A stretch of DNA of 63,230 nt, counting the filler, from Reticulomyxa filosa (lineage: Eukaryota > Protista > Foraminifera), in NCBI GenBank assembly GCA_000512085.1. It is 19 parts of 19 records of this genome, joined end to end, with 100 filler letters (N's around TTAATTAATTAA, not from the genome) between each part and the next. Parts side by side here need not be neighbours in the genome. Positions count along the whole stretch, not along the records: positions 12,428 to 13,499 come from ASPP01010634.1; positions 13,600 to 23,295 come from ASPP01005448.1; positions 23,396 to 29,393 come from ASPP01026099.1; 16 more parts are not named here. One strand, written 5' to 3'. Below the pieces are notes generated by a model. The model did not search any database. It saw only the letters and a list, made by a program, of their open reading frames with translations, and had not been told where the DNA came from. This document shows, in pieces, positions 13,398 to 25,257 of this stretch (within the stretch, counting starts at the first letter, position 1; every line of letters starts with the position of its first letter). The translations under genes were made by a program, and so were the position numbers.

Positions 13398-14667
13398 TTT
13401 TTTTTTTTTTTTTTTTTTAAACACTTTGTTTAGATGGGCAAGGATAATCCGAACAGAGCAAGGCTCAACCGAATAAACAAAAAAAAAAAAAAAAACGGGN
13501 NNNNNNNNNNNNNNNNNNNNNNNNNNNNNNNNNNNNNNNNNNNTTAATTAATTAANNNNNNNNNNNNNNNNNNNNNNNNNNNNNNNNNNNNNNNNNNNNC
13601 ATTTAGGTATGGCAGTTTTTTTTGCAATCTACTGTATTATCAACTGTTGCCTGCCTCCGTAACAATATATTAGTATATCATTCTCAAAATTTCGTCTTGA
13701 ATATTAACAATTCCACAGTTCTTCCATCGACATAGTTTTACTGTCATGCATATGTTACATTATTTCGTGAATTCGCTCAGATTTTGTGATATAGTTATTT
13801 CTTGCACTTTAACAAGACATACCTCAGACAGAAACAATTATATAACTTATATGTATTTTTCAAGCTAAAAATTTTCTTTTATATCGTGGAAAATTATCGG
13901 TAACAGTGTGTGCAAAATGTTGGAATATTGAGTGCAAAGTGTAATACGAAAGGAATTTAGTTCCAAATACAATTTTCAGTAAAAAGAAAGTGAAAGAAAA
14001 ATAATTACAACAAGACAAAGAAAAGAGTAAAATAAGATAAAGTCTATTTGTGAAGAAAGTTTATTCCACTTGCTGTTCCTTTAGAACTTTGTGTTTTTCG
14101 TTACGTACAAAAAAAATAAGCGAAAGTGCAATATGCCTAAAAAAGCCTTAGTCGCTTATTTCATTGCTTGGTAGTAGTAGAAAATTAGCTATTCTTGCGG
14201 TATCGATTTGGGTCACAGTGTCGTATGTATTTTATTATTTATCTTGATAAGTTGTAAATTTTTTTTCCAATATCAAATCTTGTAATTCAATTTTTTCTTG
14301 AGAAACAATAGCAGTTATAACTGTGCTTTTATTTGAATTTGTGCACCAAAGCTGCAGAAGTAATTAGCAATGCTATTTTATGCAAAGCCCATTCTTTTTG
14401 ATCAAGATTAGTCATTTAAAAAAAGCAAAAGACGTTTATATGGCTTATTTTATTTTTTTTTGCAGTTTACTGTGCTTATCACTTATTATCTACCTGTATG
14501 AAAAGAACTTTGAAAGAAAAAGAATTACGACTGCTTTTTATTAGTTCATTGTGTTGTACTGTTTTCAAACAGTTGAGTGTTCTAACCCCAAAATGAGCTA
14601 ATAGAAAAACTGAATTATTAAATTGTATTCAGAATAAATACAACTTTGATAAGTTTCAATTTAACTC

Positions 14668-16508
14668 ATGGTGAAGTTTGACATTGATGGATTCAAATTC
14701 TTATTAAAAGAGCATTTTCGTGTGCTGACAGCGATCGAAATGGGAATGAAAAACCACGACCTGGTGCCGACTTCATTGATCGAAACAATTAGTCAAATGA
14801 AACGTGGCAACTGTTTCAAGATAATTTCAGATTTACACAAGAACAAACTACTCTTTCATGACTCCAGACCATGTTACGTGTGATGGAGTGTCCTTTACCA
14901 AAATTGCCAAAGGCGTGACTTTATTCTTTGAGGTAAAACATGCAACGTGTAATGAAACAATAGATGATGGATATCGGCTGACGTTCCGTGGATACGACTA
15001 CCTGGCCATCCATACATTAGTGCAACGGGGGTTAATAACAGGAGTAGGACGTCAGATCGGTGTCGGAAAAGAGTCAGATGTGTTTGAAGCAATAAGTTCT
15101 GAAGATAGCAATAAAACATATGTTTTGAAATTGCACCGTTTGGGTAGAATATCCTTTCGCAAGGTAAAAGAAAAAAGGGACTATTTAGGAAAGCGCAAAT
15201 CCGCATCGTGGTTGTATTTGTCACGATTGTCTGCACTAAAAGAATATGCGTTTATGAAAATATTGTCTGATAAAAAATTCCCAGTCCCAACGGCAATTGA
15301 TGTCAGCAGACACGCTGTTTTGATGACCAAAATTTCCGGCTATTGCTTGTATCACGTTGCGAAAATCCGCAAACCTGCAATTCTGTACAACAAGTGCATG
15401 CAATTAGTTACGTGTTGTGAAGTCTGTTTTGTGTGTGTGTCCCGGTTCCTCTCTGAGAACTTGATTTTTAAAAAAAGTTAGTGCAATTGGCCGAACACGG
15501 GTTGATTCACTGTGATTTTAATGAGTTTAATCTGTTGGTGGACAATCACTATAATCTTACGTTGATCGATTTCCCACAAATGATTAGTATTCATCATCCC
15601 AACGCAATTGAGTTGTTTAATCGCGATGTGCAATGTATTCGTGATTTCTTTGGTCGAAAACATGATTACGTGTGCGATTTTTATCCGATTATCGATCAAA
15701 AGTTTCTCAAAGAGCAGGTTCACACACACTTAGACACTGTTGTCCAAGCGTCGGGGTTTTTTACTCCGCAAGAAAATGAAGACTATGCCAAATTGATTGA
15801 AGAGTACAAAACTGATTTGAAGGATCAAGATGAGCAGGCTCAGAATAGTAGTTCGTCACAAGAAGATGAACAAGAAGTGGGAGAGAAACAGGAACAGGAA
15901 GAGGAAGAGGAAGAAGAAGAAGAAGAAGAAGAAGAAGAAGATAATGATCAAAAAGGAGAAAAAAAGAAAGCCAGCAGAGATACACAAAAATCCTCTGTTG
16001 GGAATAATACAAATGACTTCGATATTCCTACACAACAAGTAAGTGATCTCAATATCAATGACAGTGCCAAAGATAAAACGGATCAACACACTGACAATCA
16101 AAATGGTAATGACATTGCTGAAAACAGTGACAATGACACCAACAATGAAGACGAAGACGAAGATGAAGATGAAGATGAAAGTGATGAAAGGGAAAAAACA
16201 GAGGAAAAAGCACAATGGCAGCGTAAGAAATCAGAAAAACGCAAAGCATTTGAACAAAGGAGAAAACTGAAAAAGCAATTTGCTATTGAAAAAGAAAAGA
16301 TGTTAGAAGAACATCACATGGCTTCAGAAAAAAAGAGGACGACAGTCAAGACAACATTATGAGTTTTGAGGAAATTAAACGAAGGCTCAAAAAAAAAGAA
16401 AAGCAACAAGAGCGAAGGGCTCAACAAAAAAAAGCTAAAAAAATAAGTAACAAAAACAAACTAGACAAAAAAATCCAAACTGATTTGAAACAGACCTTTT
16501 GGCTATGA
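14668..16508 (+). CDS. RIO2: RIO2 atypical kinase (40S biogenesis)
   Basis: Motifs FRVLTAIEMGMKNHDLVP, YDGYRLTFRGYDYLA, IGVGKESDV, KLHRLGRISF, GLIHCDFNEFN and IDFPQM. Introns at 14873-14963 and 15407-15477. A one-base shift at the A7 run (16328-16334) restores a basic tail ending ...LKQTFWL* at 16508. Confidence 0.95.
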
Positions 16509-16742
16509 ATAAATTATTGAATTCATGTGATTTATCTTTGCTTTTTGTGTTTCTTTAATGTGTTATTGCAAATTTTGTTCTCTCGTCTGTGCAATATTCT
16601 ATCAGGATATATTCTCTTTCTTTCTTATTCCATGCAACATCCCAAGTTTCGATTATTTCACTCAATTTTTTTTTACAAAAACGATAGAGTTAAAAACATG
16701 TGCCGTTGTTCAGTTATAACACAGGGAAAAATTGTTTGAAAA

Positions 16743-19700
16743 ATGTCTGTGAATGTGTTTGTTCGTTTTAAAGGGCAGAAAAGCCTCAGTAAGCATGCCC
16801 CAACAAAATCGAAGCACATCAAAGCCCATCCAGAAAAAAATTATATTCGTATTGACGACGACTTCAGTCTATTTTATACTAACGTCTTTCCAGTGAAAGC
16901 CAAACAAGAAGAAGTTTTTAATCAATTACAGCCAGTCATCAACGATTTTTTGAGTGGCAAAAATTGTTGTCTTGTTACTCATGGTGCTCCTGGAAGCGGC
17001 AAGACTTACACAAGTTAACATGGATGTCTTTTGTTCAACATATAATCACAATAGACAAAGATAGATGAAATGTAATACGATAGTTTTCGGAACCGGTGAT
17101 GAGCACGTTCGTAAAAACGGTGTAATCCATTTGGGTTTGTTGCCTCGTCTTGTTTCATATGTATTGGATCAGTTGTCGCAGGTGGAAAAGCAAAGCTATG
17201 GCCAATTTTCGTATAGTCTGAATTGCTCATTCCTAGAGCTTTACAATGTCTGTGCTTTTGTTTGTTTTGAACAAAGTTGTCAAACTCGGGCCAATTGCCA
17301 TTTACCTTTTCCAAATAAATACAAAGGACGAACCAATTGATTTGTTGAATAAAAAGGATGAGGAGAGCAAGGTAGAATTGGTTCCTCGCAAAGATGGAGA
17401 TGGTTATGAGTGGAACAATCTGACCAAAGCGTCCATTCGGCAAATAAGTGATTTGTTGAAATACATGCACTCTGCATTCAACAATCGAAAATATGTGATA
17501 AGGTATGACATCGATGGGGACATTGACGCCAAACAGTTCTCAGAAGAGTCTCCAGTTGGTCCGAGTTGGGATTCGGGACGATCTCATATCGTTGTCATTT
17601 TACGATTGTCTTTTCGAGTTTAAAAATAAAAGGGTATTTATGAGGGAACACACAAAAAAAAAAAAGGATGGAAAGTAACGTATACTTTTTAAAAAATGTA
17701 CAGCAACAACCACAAGGACAAAAAAGGAGATCACAGTTTACGCTGGTCGACTGTGCCGGGTATAGTAGTTGGGAAAAAAAACTGCCAAAGTTAGACAAAA
17801 ATGAAACAGATGCGCTGAAGATGGAATTATACAAGAGAGATAGCCAGGATTTCAGGAGTTTGAATACCTCGTTTATACATCTAGGAGCGTTATTGACATC
17901 CATTCCAAAAAAAGCGAGAGGGGATCAAATAATCACGAGTTCCATGTTCCATTGGAAAAAATCACTGTTGACTCAGGCGTTGCATTGTATTGCAACGTGG
18001 TTGGAAAAGCCATCATCCCGTTTGTCTCGTAAAACCCAAGATACAATTGATATTACCGATTATAGTCCACGTGTTGTCTTAGTGATTACGTGTTCATTTG
18101 AAGAAAGAATCTACGTACGTTTTTTTTTTTTTTTACAATGCGCCACAAAAAAAAAAAGGGGCAAAAAAAAAAAAGGACGAGACATTGGCAACACTGAGAT
18201 TTGGAAATTTTCCATTGGTTGATCCCATGTTGTTACTAATCATTGATAAATATCAAAGTGAAATTGCCAAACTGCAAGCCTCAAAACTGGAAAACACGGA
18301 TGCTGGTGTGGTCGATTCCAACGTGCTTCAGGTTTATTTTTGTATTTTTCAATGTACGATCCCAATGGACTGCTGTTTTTTGTTTAGAAAATGGAAGAAC
18401 TGGAACAAGAAGCGAATGAAATGAAAGCAAAATATAACGCACTGCGCAAAGAACACAACAAATTGAAAACGAGAAGTGCGACGAAAATGGAAGAATTGAC
18501 AGATGTAAGAAACAAATACGAACAACTGGAATCTCAATACCAATTGAAAAATAGCCAATATATTCAATTGCAAGAGCTCTATAAGCAAAGCAAATCCAAT
18601 GAGCAGTTTTTGCGAGAAGACTTGGACGAAGTGAGACAGCAATTGAATCACCTTTCCACCGACAATCTCTCCAAAGCCGATCCCACAAAAATCGATCCAA
18701 AGATTCAGCGAATTAAGCAGCACATTCAGCTCAAACAAGTCATTGTATTTTTTGAACAATAGAAATAGCAATTGGCATTGTCTGTCTGTGTTTTGAACAG
18801 AACAAGGATGCAGAACGATGCGTGGATGAGCTTGGTCGGGATTTCGATCGGACATTACAGCAGTTGATCGAAATTGAGACTGTGTTGGCTGCGGTACGTC
18901 AAGAGCTCGTAACAACAAAGAAAGAGAGCGAGCAGTTTCAACAACACCTAAAAGCGGCCAATCAAGAAATTGCCAAACTGAAAGCGAATTGTGTGAATCG
19001 AGACGAGGTTCAACTGCAATTGCAGGTGTGTTGATTTCCATGTGCCACGAATATCGGCTGTCAATACACCAAATCAAATATGAAAAGGGTCTAATGAAAG
19101 AAATCGAAGAGCGCGAAAAGATGATAAAGGAAATGACGGAAGAGACACAGCAGAAAGACAAAGAGCACGAAAGACAAATCCAAGAACATTTGAAACAACA
19201 AGAAAATTACCAACACGAAATGCTGCAGATGCAAAGCACAATTCGTGACTCATTCCAACCACTGAACGGCACTGGGGGAAATGAGAAACGATCGACCGAC
19301 TTCACAAGTAATAGCAAATTGTTTCAACCGTCAATTGTTTCGATCGAAAGAGAGTCGAATGGCAAAGCCAACAAAGCGGAGAGTCGAGGACAGTCGTCAT
19401 CTCTCGGCGTTCCCTATCAAGAGCAACATGCATTGGCAGAACAATTGGTCGAAGCAAAAGAACGCATCACCAAATTGGAAGCCGAGTTGTTGCAGTACAA
19501 ATCCGATATCTATTCTTCGCCCGTAGTCAAATCGTTGAAAGAACAAAAGAAAAAACTAGAGGAGAGAATTATCGCCATCCGTTCCGAAAAGGCTAAAATA
19601 ATTCCACAATTTATGCTGGACAAAGAGATCTATCTGCAGGAAATCGCAGCATTGCGGAGGCAATTACATAATGCTCATTGCATCAACAAATGGAAGGTGC

Positions 19701-21403
19701 TGTTATTCCGCAAAAAAATTGACGATCTGCGCAATGATTTAGGGCGCGCCAATCGTCGAATGGAACAGGCCCATTACAACAAAGGGGCGTTGCAATCGCA
19801 AATGAGCAATGTGCGTCAAATTGCTGAAGAGCGCTTGAATCAATTAGATAATGAATATTTCGACGAACACCAGGACAGTCGTTTCGAAGACCCTCATGGA
19901 TGGACATTGGCCGTACAAGAAAAAGATTTACATACCTTACCTGCCAATTTACAAAAAGTGTATCGGGTGTGTTGTATTTTCTTGCTTTTCTTTTGTTTTC
20001 ATTTTCATTTGATTTATGCCATTTCAATGAACAAATAGATCATCGAAGATTTGACCATACGATTAATGGCCAAACATAACGAAGTGATTCGTTTGCGAGC
20101 TCAATTGCAAAAACGTTCGAATTTGGCATCTTTGGAGGTAATTCAAAACACGCGAAGCGATGCCCCTGTCAACGACTCACTGTTTGAAAATATGGCGTTG
20201 GAAACAGCAGCAACAGTACGAGCGTTTATTCCTTTGATTCAAGCAAAAACCGAGGAGGCTCGGGCATCTCAAGACGCAGAGGAAGAACACGAACAAGAAT
20301 ACGAAGATGGAGAGGAAAGCGAAAAAAAAACCAAAGATAATGAATTAAACACACAAACAAGCTTCCCACAAATACCATCGCCGGCCGTTGTTCGAAATGA
20401 CAATCTAAAGAAAAAGCAGCTTTGGAGTGATGGGGACGTCAGTGCTTTCTCGCCAGTCCCTCCAATGTCCCCAATTAGCGATATCAAATCTCCCAACAGT
20501 ATCAAATCTCCATTAAATACCGATATTGATATTGGAGTTCAGGCCGAGTATCTGACGAAAATGGCGTCACTTTCTGCCGAAAAGAGTGATGGCGTTGAAA
20601 CCAAAATTGTCAAAGAGGTCTCTAAGAAAAGCAGAGGCACAGGCGTGAGTCGGTTAATGGAAGCATTTAGCGATACCGACAGCGACAACGAAAAAGAAGA
20701 AGAAAAAGATCAAACTGATTCCAAAGAAAAATCGCTATCAGTCAAAAAAACTCAGAATGATGCATCTGCATCAATGCCCGCACATGATCAACCTGACAAT
20801 CCGACTGCAAGTAAAAACGCTCCAAAGTTTTGTTCATTTTTTTAAATTGGTTTATTCATATCTTCCAATACAAAAAAAATTATCTTGATTGGCAAAGGTC
20901 ACGAGTATCAATAAATCCTCGAACTTCAGTGAAGACTCAAGTACCTTTAACCAAATTTGGCTGTTTGTTCTTCTTGAATAATCGCAAAAACAGCAGAGTG
21001 TCGATTCACGCTGCCATGAGTATCTGGGAAATTATGAAAGAAATTCGAGATGTCATGCCTTTACCCGAACAATTGTCCGAATTGGAGGGTAAATTGGTTA
21101 TTCAGCATAGTGGTCGGTTATTTGTTTGTATAACTTATATTGATAACCGATTGAACTGCAAGTGATGTTTTTGTGTTTCATTTTACTTTTGATATAGCTG
21201 AAATGGACAGGGTATCCATTTCTACTGATGATTTTGACAAGAGTTTATGGGAGCTATTCATTACTCACAGCATTTTTCAATTGTTACATTTTAATGTAGT
21301 TTATGCTGATACATTGAACGAGCAAGACCAAGAAACTCAAGATATAAAAAAAAGAGAAAAAAAGCCTTCATGGTTCCCAAAATTGTTCCAGCCCAAAACG
21401 TAG
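16743..21403 (+). CDS. Divergent N-terminal-motor kinesin-like protein with a long coiled-coil stalk (multi-exon)
   Basis: VNVFVRF; P-loop GAPGSGKTYT|IFG (intron 17014-17083); SFLELYN|DEPIDLL; SGRSH; LVDCAGYS; ETLATLRFG (intron 18115-18175). Coiled-coil exons follow and the gene ends ...PKLFQPKT*. Confidence 0.88.
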
Positions 21404-22142
21404 CGTATTGAGCAAAATTTTCTTTGTTGTTCTTTACATTGTTTTTGTTTTATCGATTTTTTGTATTTTTTTTTATTTTTTTTTGTGTGCATGTCTTCGG
21501 ATTATTTCCCGATTGTTAACAATGTACATTCGAATCTCGTCGTTGTTTAAATTTTTTCGGGATCTGTATCATATTGCGATCACGAAATTACATGGTTTTG
21601 CCTTTTCGTTTATCTTACTTTCAAAAGATTATTAACTTTTTTACACCTTTTTCAATAATACTGTCCCGTGCCTGATCACCGTGTTACAAAATTCAATTGT
21701 CGTCTTTTGGAATGAATAAAAAAAATAGTTTAAAAAGGAGGCCGAAAGCAATTATAATTTTATTTTATACCATTTAACGTTTAGATGAATGTGCTAATTT
21801 GTTTGAAAAGGTTTTTGTAGTCAAGTTTTCAGAAAGTAAATAGTTTGAATGCCATTTTACATTCAATCAAAATGATATGCCGGTGAACAAATAAGAAACA
21901 ACACAGCATCACAAAAAGACAACATTGAATAGTCTTCAATGTGAGAAAACGCACTTTTTATATTAGATTTTTAGATAGAACAGTCGTAGTGTTGTTCGAT
22001 GAGAAAAAATTTTAATAACGGATGTGCCATGAAACAAATTTCCAACAATAAGTTTTCATTTTGACGCAGAAAAGACTCGATGGTGAGTGTAAATTAATAA
22101 ATTGTGTCCATGGGGCAATATGAAAAAAGTATAATTTTGCAT

Positions 22143-22840
22143 TTATGTTGAAAAATCGGATTTGGAAGAGCGAGGCAACCTTGGTATGATGTCGATTAAA
22201 AAATCAAACATTGAATCCGATTCAACAGCACGACATATATCTTGCAAATGGAGTATTTTGCGGCCGTCTTGCACTGTGAATTTATATGCCCTTCGAGACA
22301 AATCTTCAACGAACAGTTTAACGGCAAGAGCAAATAATCCCAAACATTCCACGTTTACTTTGTTTACATATGGATCAAGTTTGATAATCTGTCCAGCACG
22401 TCACAAAAACAATATTTCTCTCATTATGTTTGGCTTCTGTGCTCGTCAAAGTTAACTTTGCTGATTCGAAGCCTGGGAAACTCTTTCAAGGGGTCTACGA
22501 AGTCTTCATTTTCAATTTTTTTCGTCCAGTCGTCAAAAAGCTTTTTTGGGTCATAACTGTATACTTCTTCTTTCAACTCTTCACTCCTTGTTTTTTTTGT
22601 CCTTTCAATGGCCTCACTTGTATTTTCCTCATTCCCATTTTCTAAAGAATCTCCGTGTTCACTCATTTCCTGTTTTTCATCATTTTTATCATCGTTATTA
22701 TCGCACACATTGGAGTTCGTCCATTCGATATTACCTATCACTTCCAGTGGAGGACAGTCACTTGGGTCTATTTCTACATTATCGTGTCTATCATCACATA
22801 TATACTCTTCTTTCACTCTAGGAATGGTATTAGCTTCAAT
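22143..22840 (-). CDS. NF-YC/HAP5-like (or POLE4/DRAP1-type) histone-fold protein; start uncertain
   Basis: Splicing of intron 22389-22456 gives FPRLRISKIIKLDPYVNKV...LFVEDLSRRAY...RKILHLQDICRAV...FDFLIDIIPR. Confidence 0.85.
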
Positions 22841-23395
22841 TGCTTATTATTATTTTTTGTTGAATCCATGCACAGAAAAGTTTGAAAACTCCCCTTTTTC
22901 GCTTGTCACAAAGAAGCTCTTTCTAACTTTATCATCTTTTTTTATCTTCTTCTTTTGACTTTAAACCTAAATCTTAATCTTTTTCTTAGTTCGTCGTACT
23001 ACACTTTGTACTTAAAAAACAGCTTTCAAAAATTTGTACGTTTTCATTAATAACATATCAAATCACAGCAAAATAATAGCATTTCTTGTAACCAATTCTG
23101 CAGCTGCAATTGATAGGGTACAAGTGATTTAGCATGAGTACACATAATCATAAATCATCCTTAACTCACTTTTTAGTAACTTGCTTTCATTAACTCGCTT
23201 TTTTTAAAATCAAAATTAAATAAAACAAGAAAACACTTTTTTTTAACTTTGCGACTTAGTAAAGTCACTAAAAAAGGCTTTCTTTTTTAATGCCCNNNNN
23301 NNNNNNNNNNNNNNNNNNNNNNNNNNNNNNNNNNNNNNNTTAATTAATTAANNNNNNNNNNNNNNNNNNNNNNNNNNNNNNNNNNNNNNNNNNNN

Positions 23396-23428
<33 letters not shown>

Positions 23429-23456
23429 CATTGATGGAATGAACCAAAAAAAACAG

Positions 23457-25257
23457 CACTACTGTTGTCGCTTAATGTCAACACCGAATTGAAGAATGGA
23501 TTATACTTGCTAGGCAATCGATTTTCAGAAAGTAGGGAATGGTACCAAGTATTTGAAAATCAGGAATTACCAGAGTATGTATCAAAGGATGAAAGAAATG
23601 CAAAAAACTTGTACATTACAAACGAAAATAACTTTGCCGAAATAATATTGATTGGATTTATTATGATCGCCATATTGTTTTTGTCTTTGCGGAAATCAAG
23701 GAGATACTCGATTATCAAAAGATTGTGTGGTAACAAAGTGATATGTTGTTTCAAAATTCGAAAGCTTCCGGATCATGTTGGATTCCAACAAATGAAAGTA
23801 TTATCGAAATGGTTCAAAATTGGTTTACAGCAGTAATCGTCAGTTCCTTGGCGATAATTTATGTAATGAATACCACGTATTATAAGAAAGGATATTTGTT
23901 GTCTCATTTTTCATTGGCATACATCGAAAATTTGTCACTGACTGCTACAATTCTATTGATAATCATTGTCTTATTATCCAATGTTGTTGTTTTGATATAT
24001 GCATTCCAATGGATTATGAATCCTCCATTCGCTACAATAAGTACTTCTAGAGATACTGTTGATGACACAATAGACTCATTTACTTGGCAAAAAGGAATAA
24101 ATTTGGCATTGTTATTTCTGGGATGGATTTTAATTGTTATCATTGTGATGTTGTATTTTGCGTTTGAATCATTTCCGGACAATAACACATTGCACATATC
24201 CCCAAAATTGTGTACACAGTTCAAGTTGTAATGTCATTGGCATTATCCTTGCATAATTCTTTAATAGCACCAAATCTTGCAATGTATGTGATTGAACTTA
24301 TATTTAATATTGTCGGTATTAATAATCGCAAATTAACCCAGAAATGGTACAGTTACGTGGCATTATTCTTGCAAACGTTGGTGTGCATTGTAATACCACT
24401 TATCTTTGCCTCGTATTTTTACAATAATTGTGGTCGGCAATGGGTAAATTATTGGGAGACTTGTGCTGGCAAAAACTCTAATGATGCCATTGTCAGTTAT
24501 CACTGGACCTATCTCGACTTGGAGTTATTCTGGTACATGGACGAAAATGTAGTGGTATTAAGTTGGAGTGATTTGTGCCAATATCAAGGCTTTCAATTTG
24601 GTTATGATCCAAACATTTCACAAACACATAGACATAACATAAAAAACAATTTTTTTTTTTTTGTGTGATAAAATGTGTATTCCAGGTAAATGTGTTCGTG
24701 AAATTCTGGAAAAATGGGGAAATGTGATGGTAACCAAAATGGCAATTAACGTTTTTCTTCCGTGGATTCGTTTGGCTAATATTCGTGCATTTTTGTTTCA
24801 ATGCGAATCATTGAAATTTTTGGCTGGATCAAATGAATTGAATTTTGAAACTGTTGGATTATTTGTGAATGTAGAGTTGGTGATTTTGTTGGGATTATTT
24901 TGTCCATTGATTGTACCATTGTGTGCTATGGCAACGGTATCTAATATCTTGAATTTCCAGTACTTATTGAACAAAAAAATCAAACACGTGACGTCATGGG
25001 AAGAAAACCTCATCGAAAAAAGCAATATTTACAAACTGTCTGACGAAATTCCTGCATTCCCAATATCGGTGTTGATTGTGTCGTTTTTATTGCAACAACT
25101 TATTTGGGTATTTTCTGGTACATTGAGTAGTGGTCATTCTCATTTGATAACGAATGTGCTTGGTTATGCATTTTCTATTATCGATATTTGTTTCATAGTG
25201 GCTGTTATTGTTGCACAACGTTTTCATAGAATTCAAATACTGCAACAACACAGTTAA
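23457..25257 (+). pseudogene. C-terminal part of a multi-pass membrane (receptor-like) protein with two apparent frameshifts
   Basis: Many hydrophobic helices and a Cys-rich loop (CGRQWVNYWETC...LCQYQGFQFG|KCVREILEKWG; intron ~24601-24687). Frame changes occur near 23740 and 24225. The 5' part is beyond the contig edge. Confidence 0.6.

Noticed and set aside
13398-13499. Non-canonical GA donor giving ...SVR|YLGP in the CAP-Gly gene
   Set aside because: The whole stretch is better read as one GT...AG poly-T/poly-A intron starting at the contig edge.
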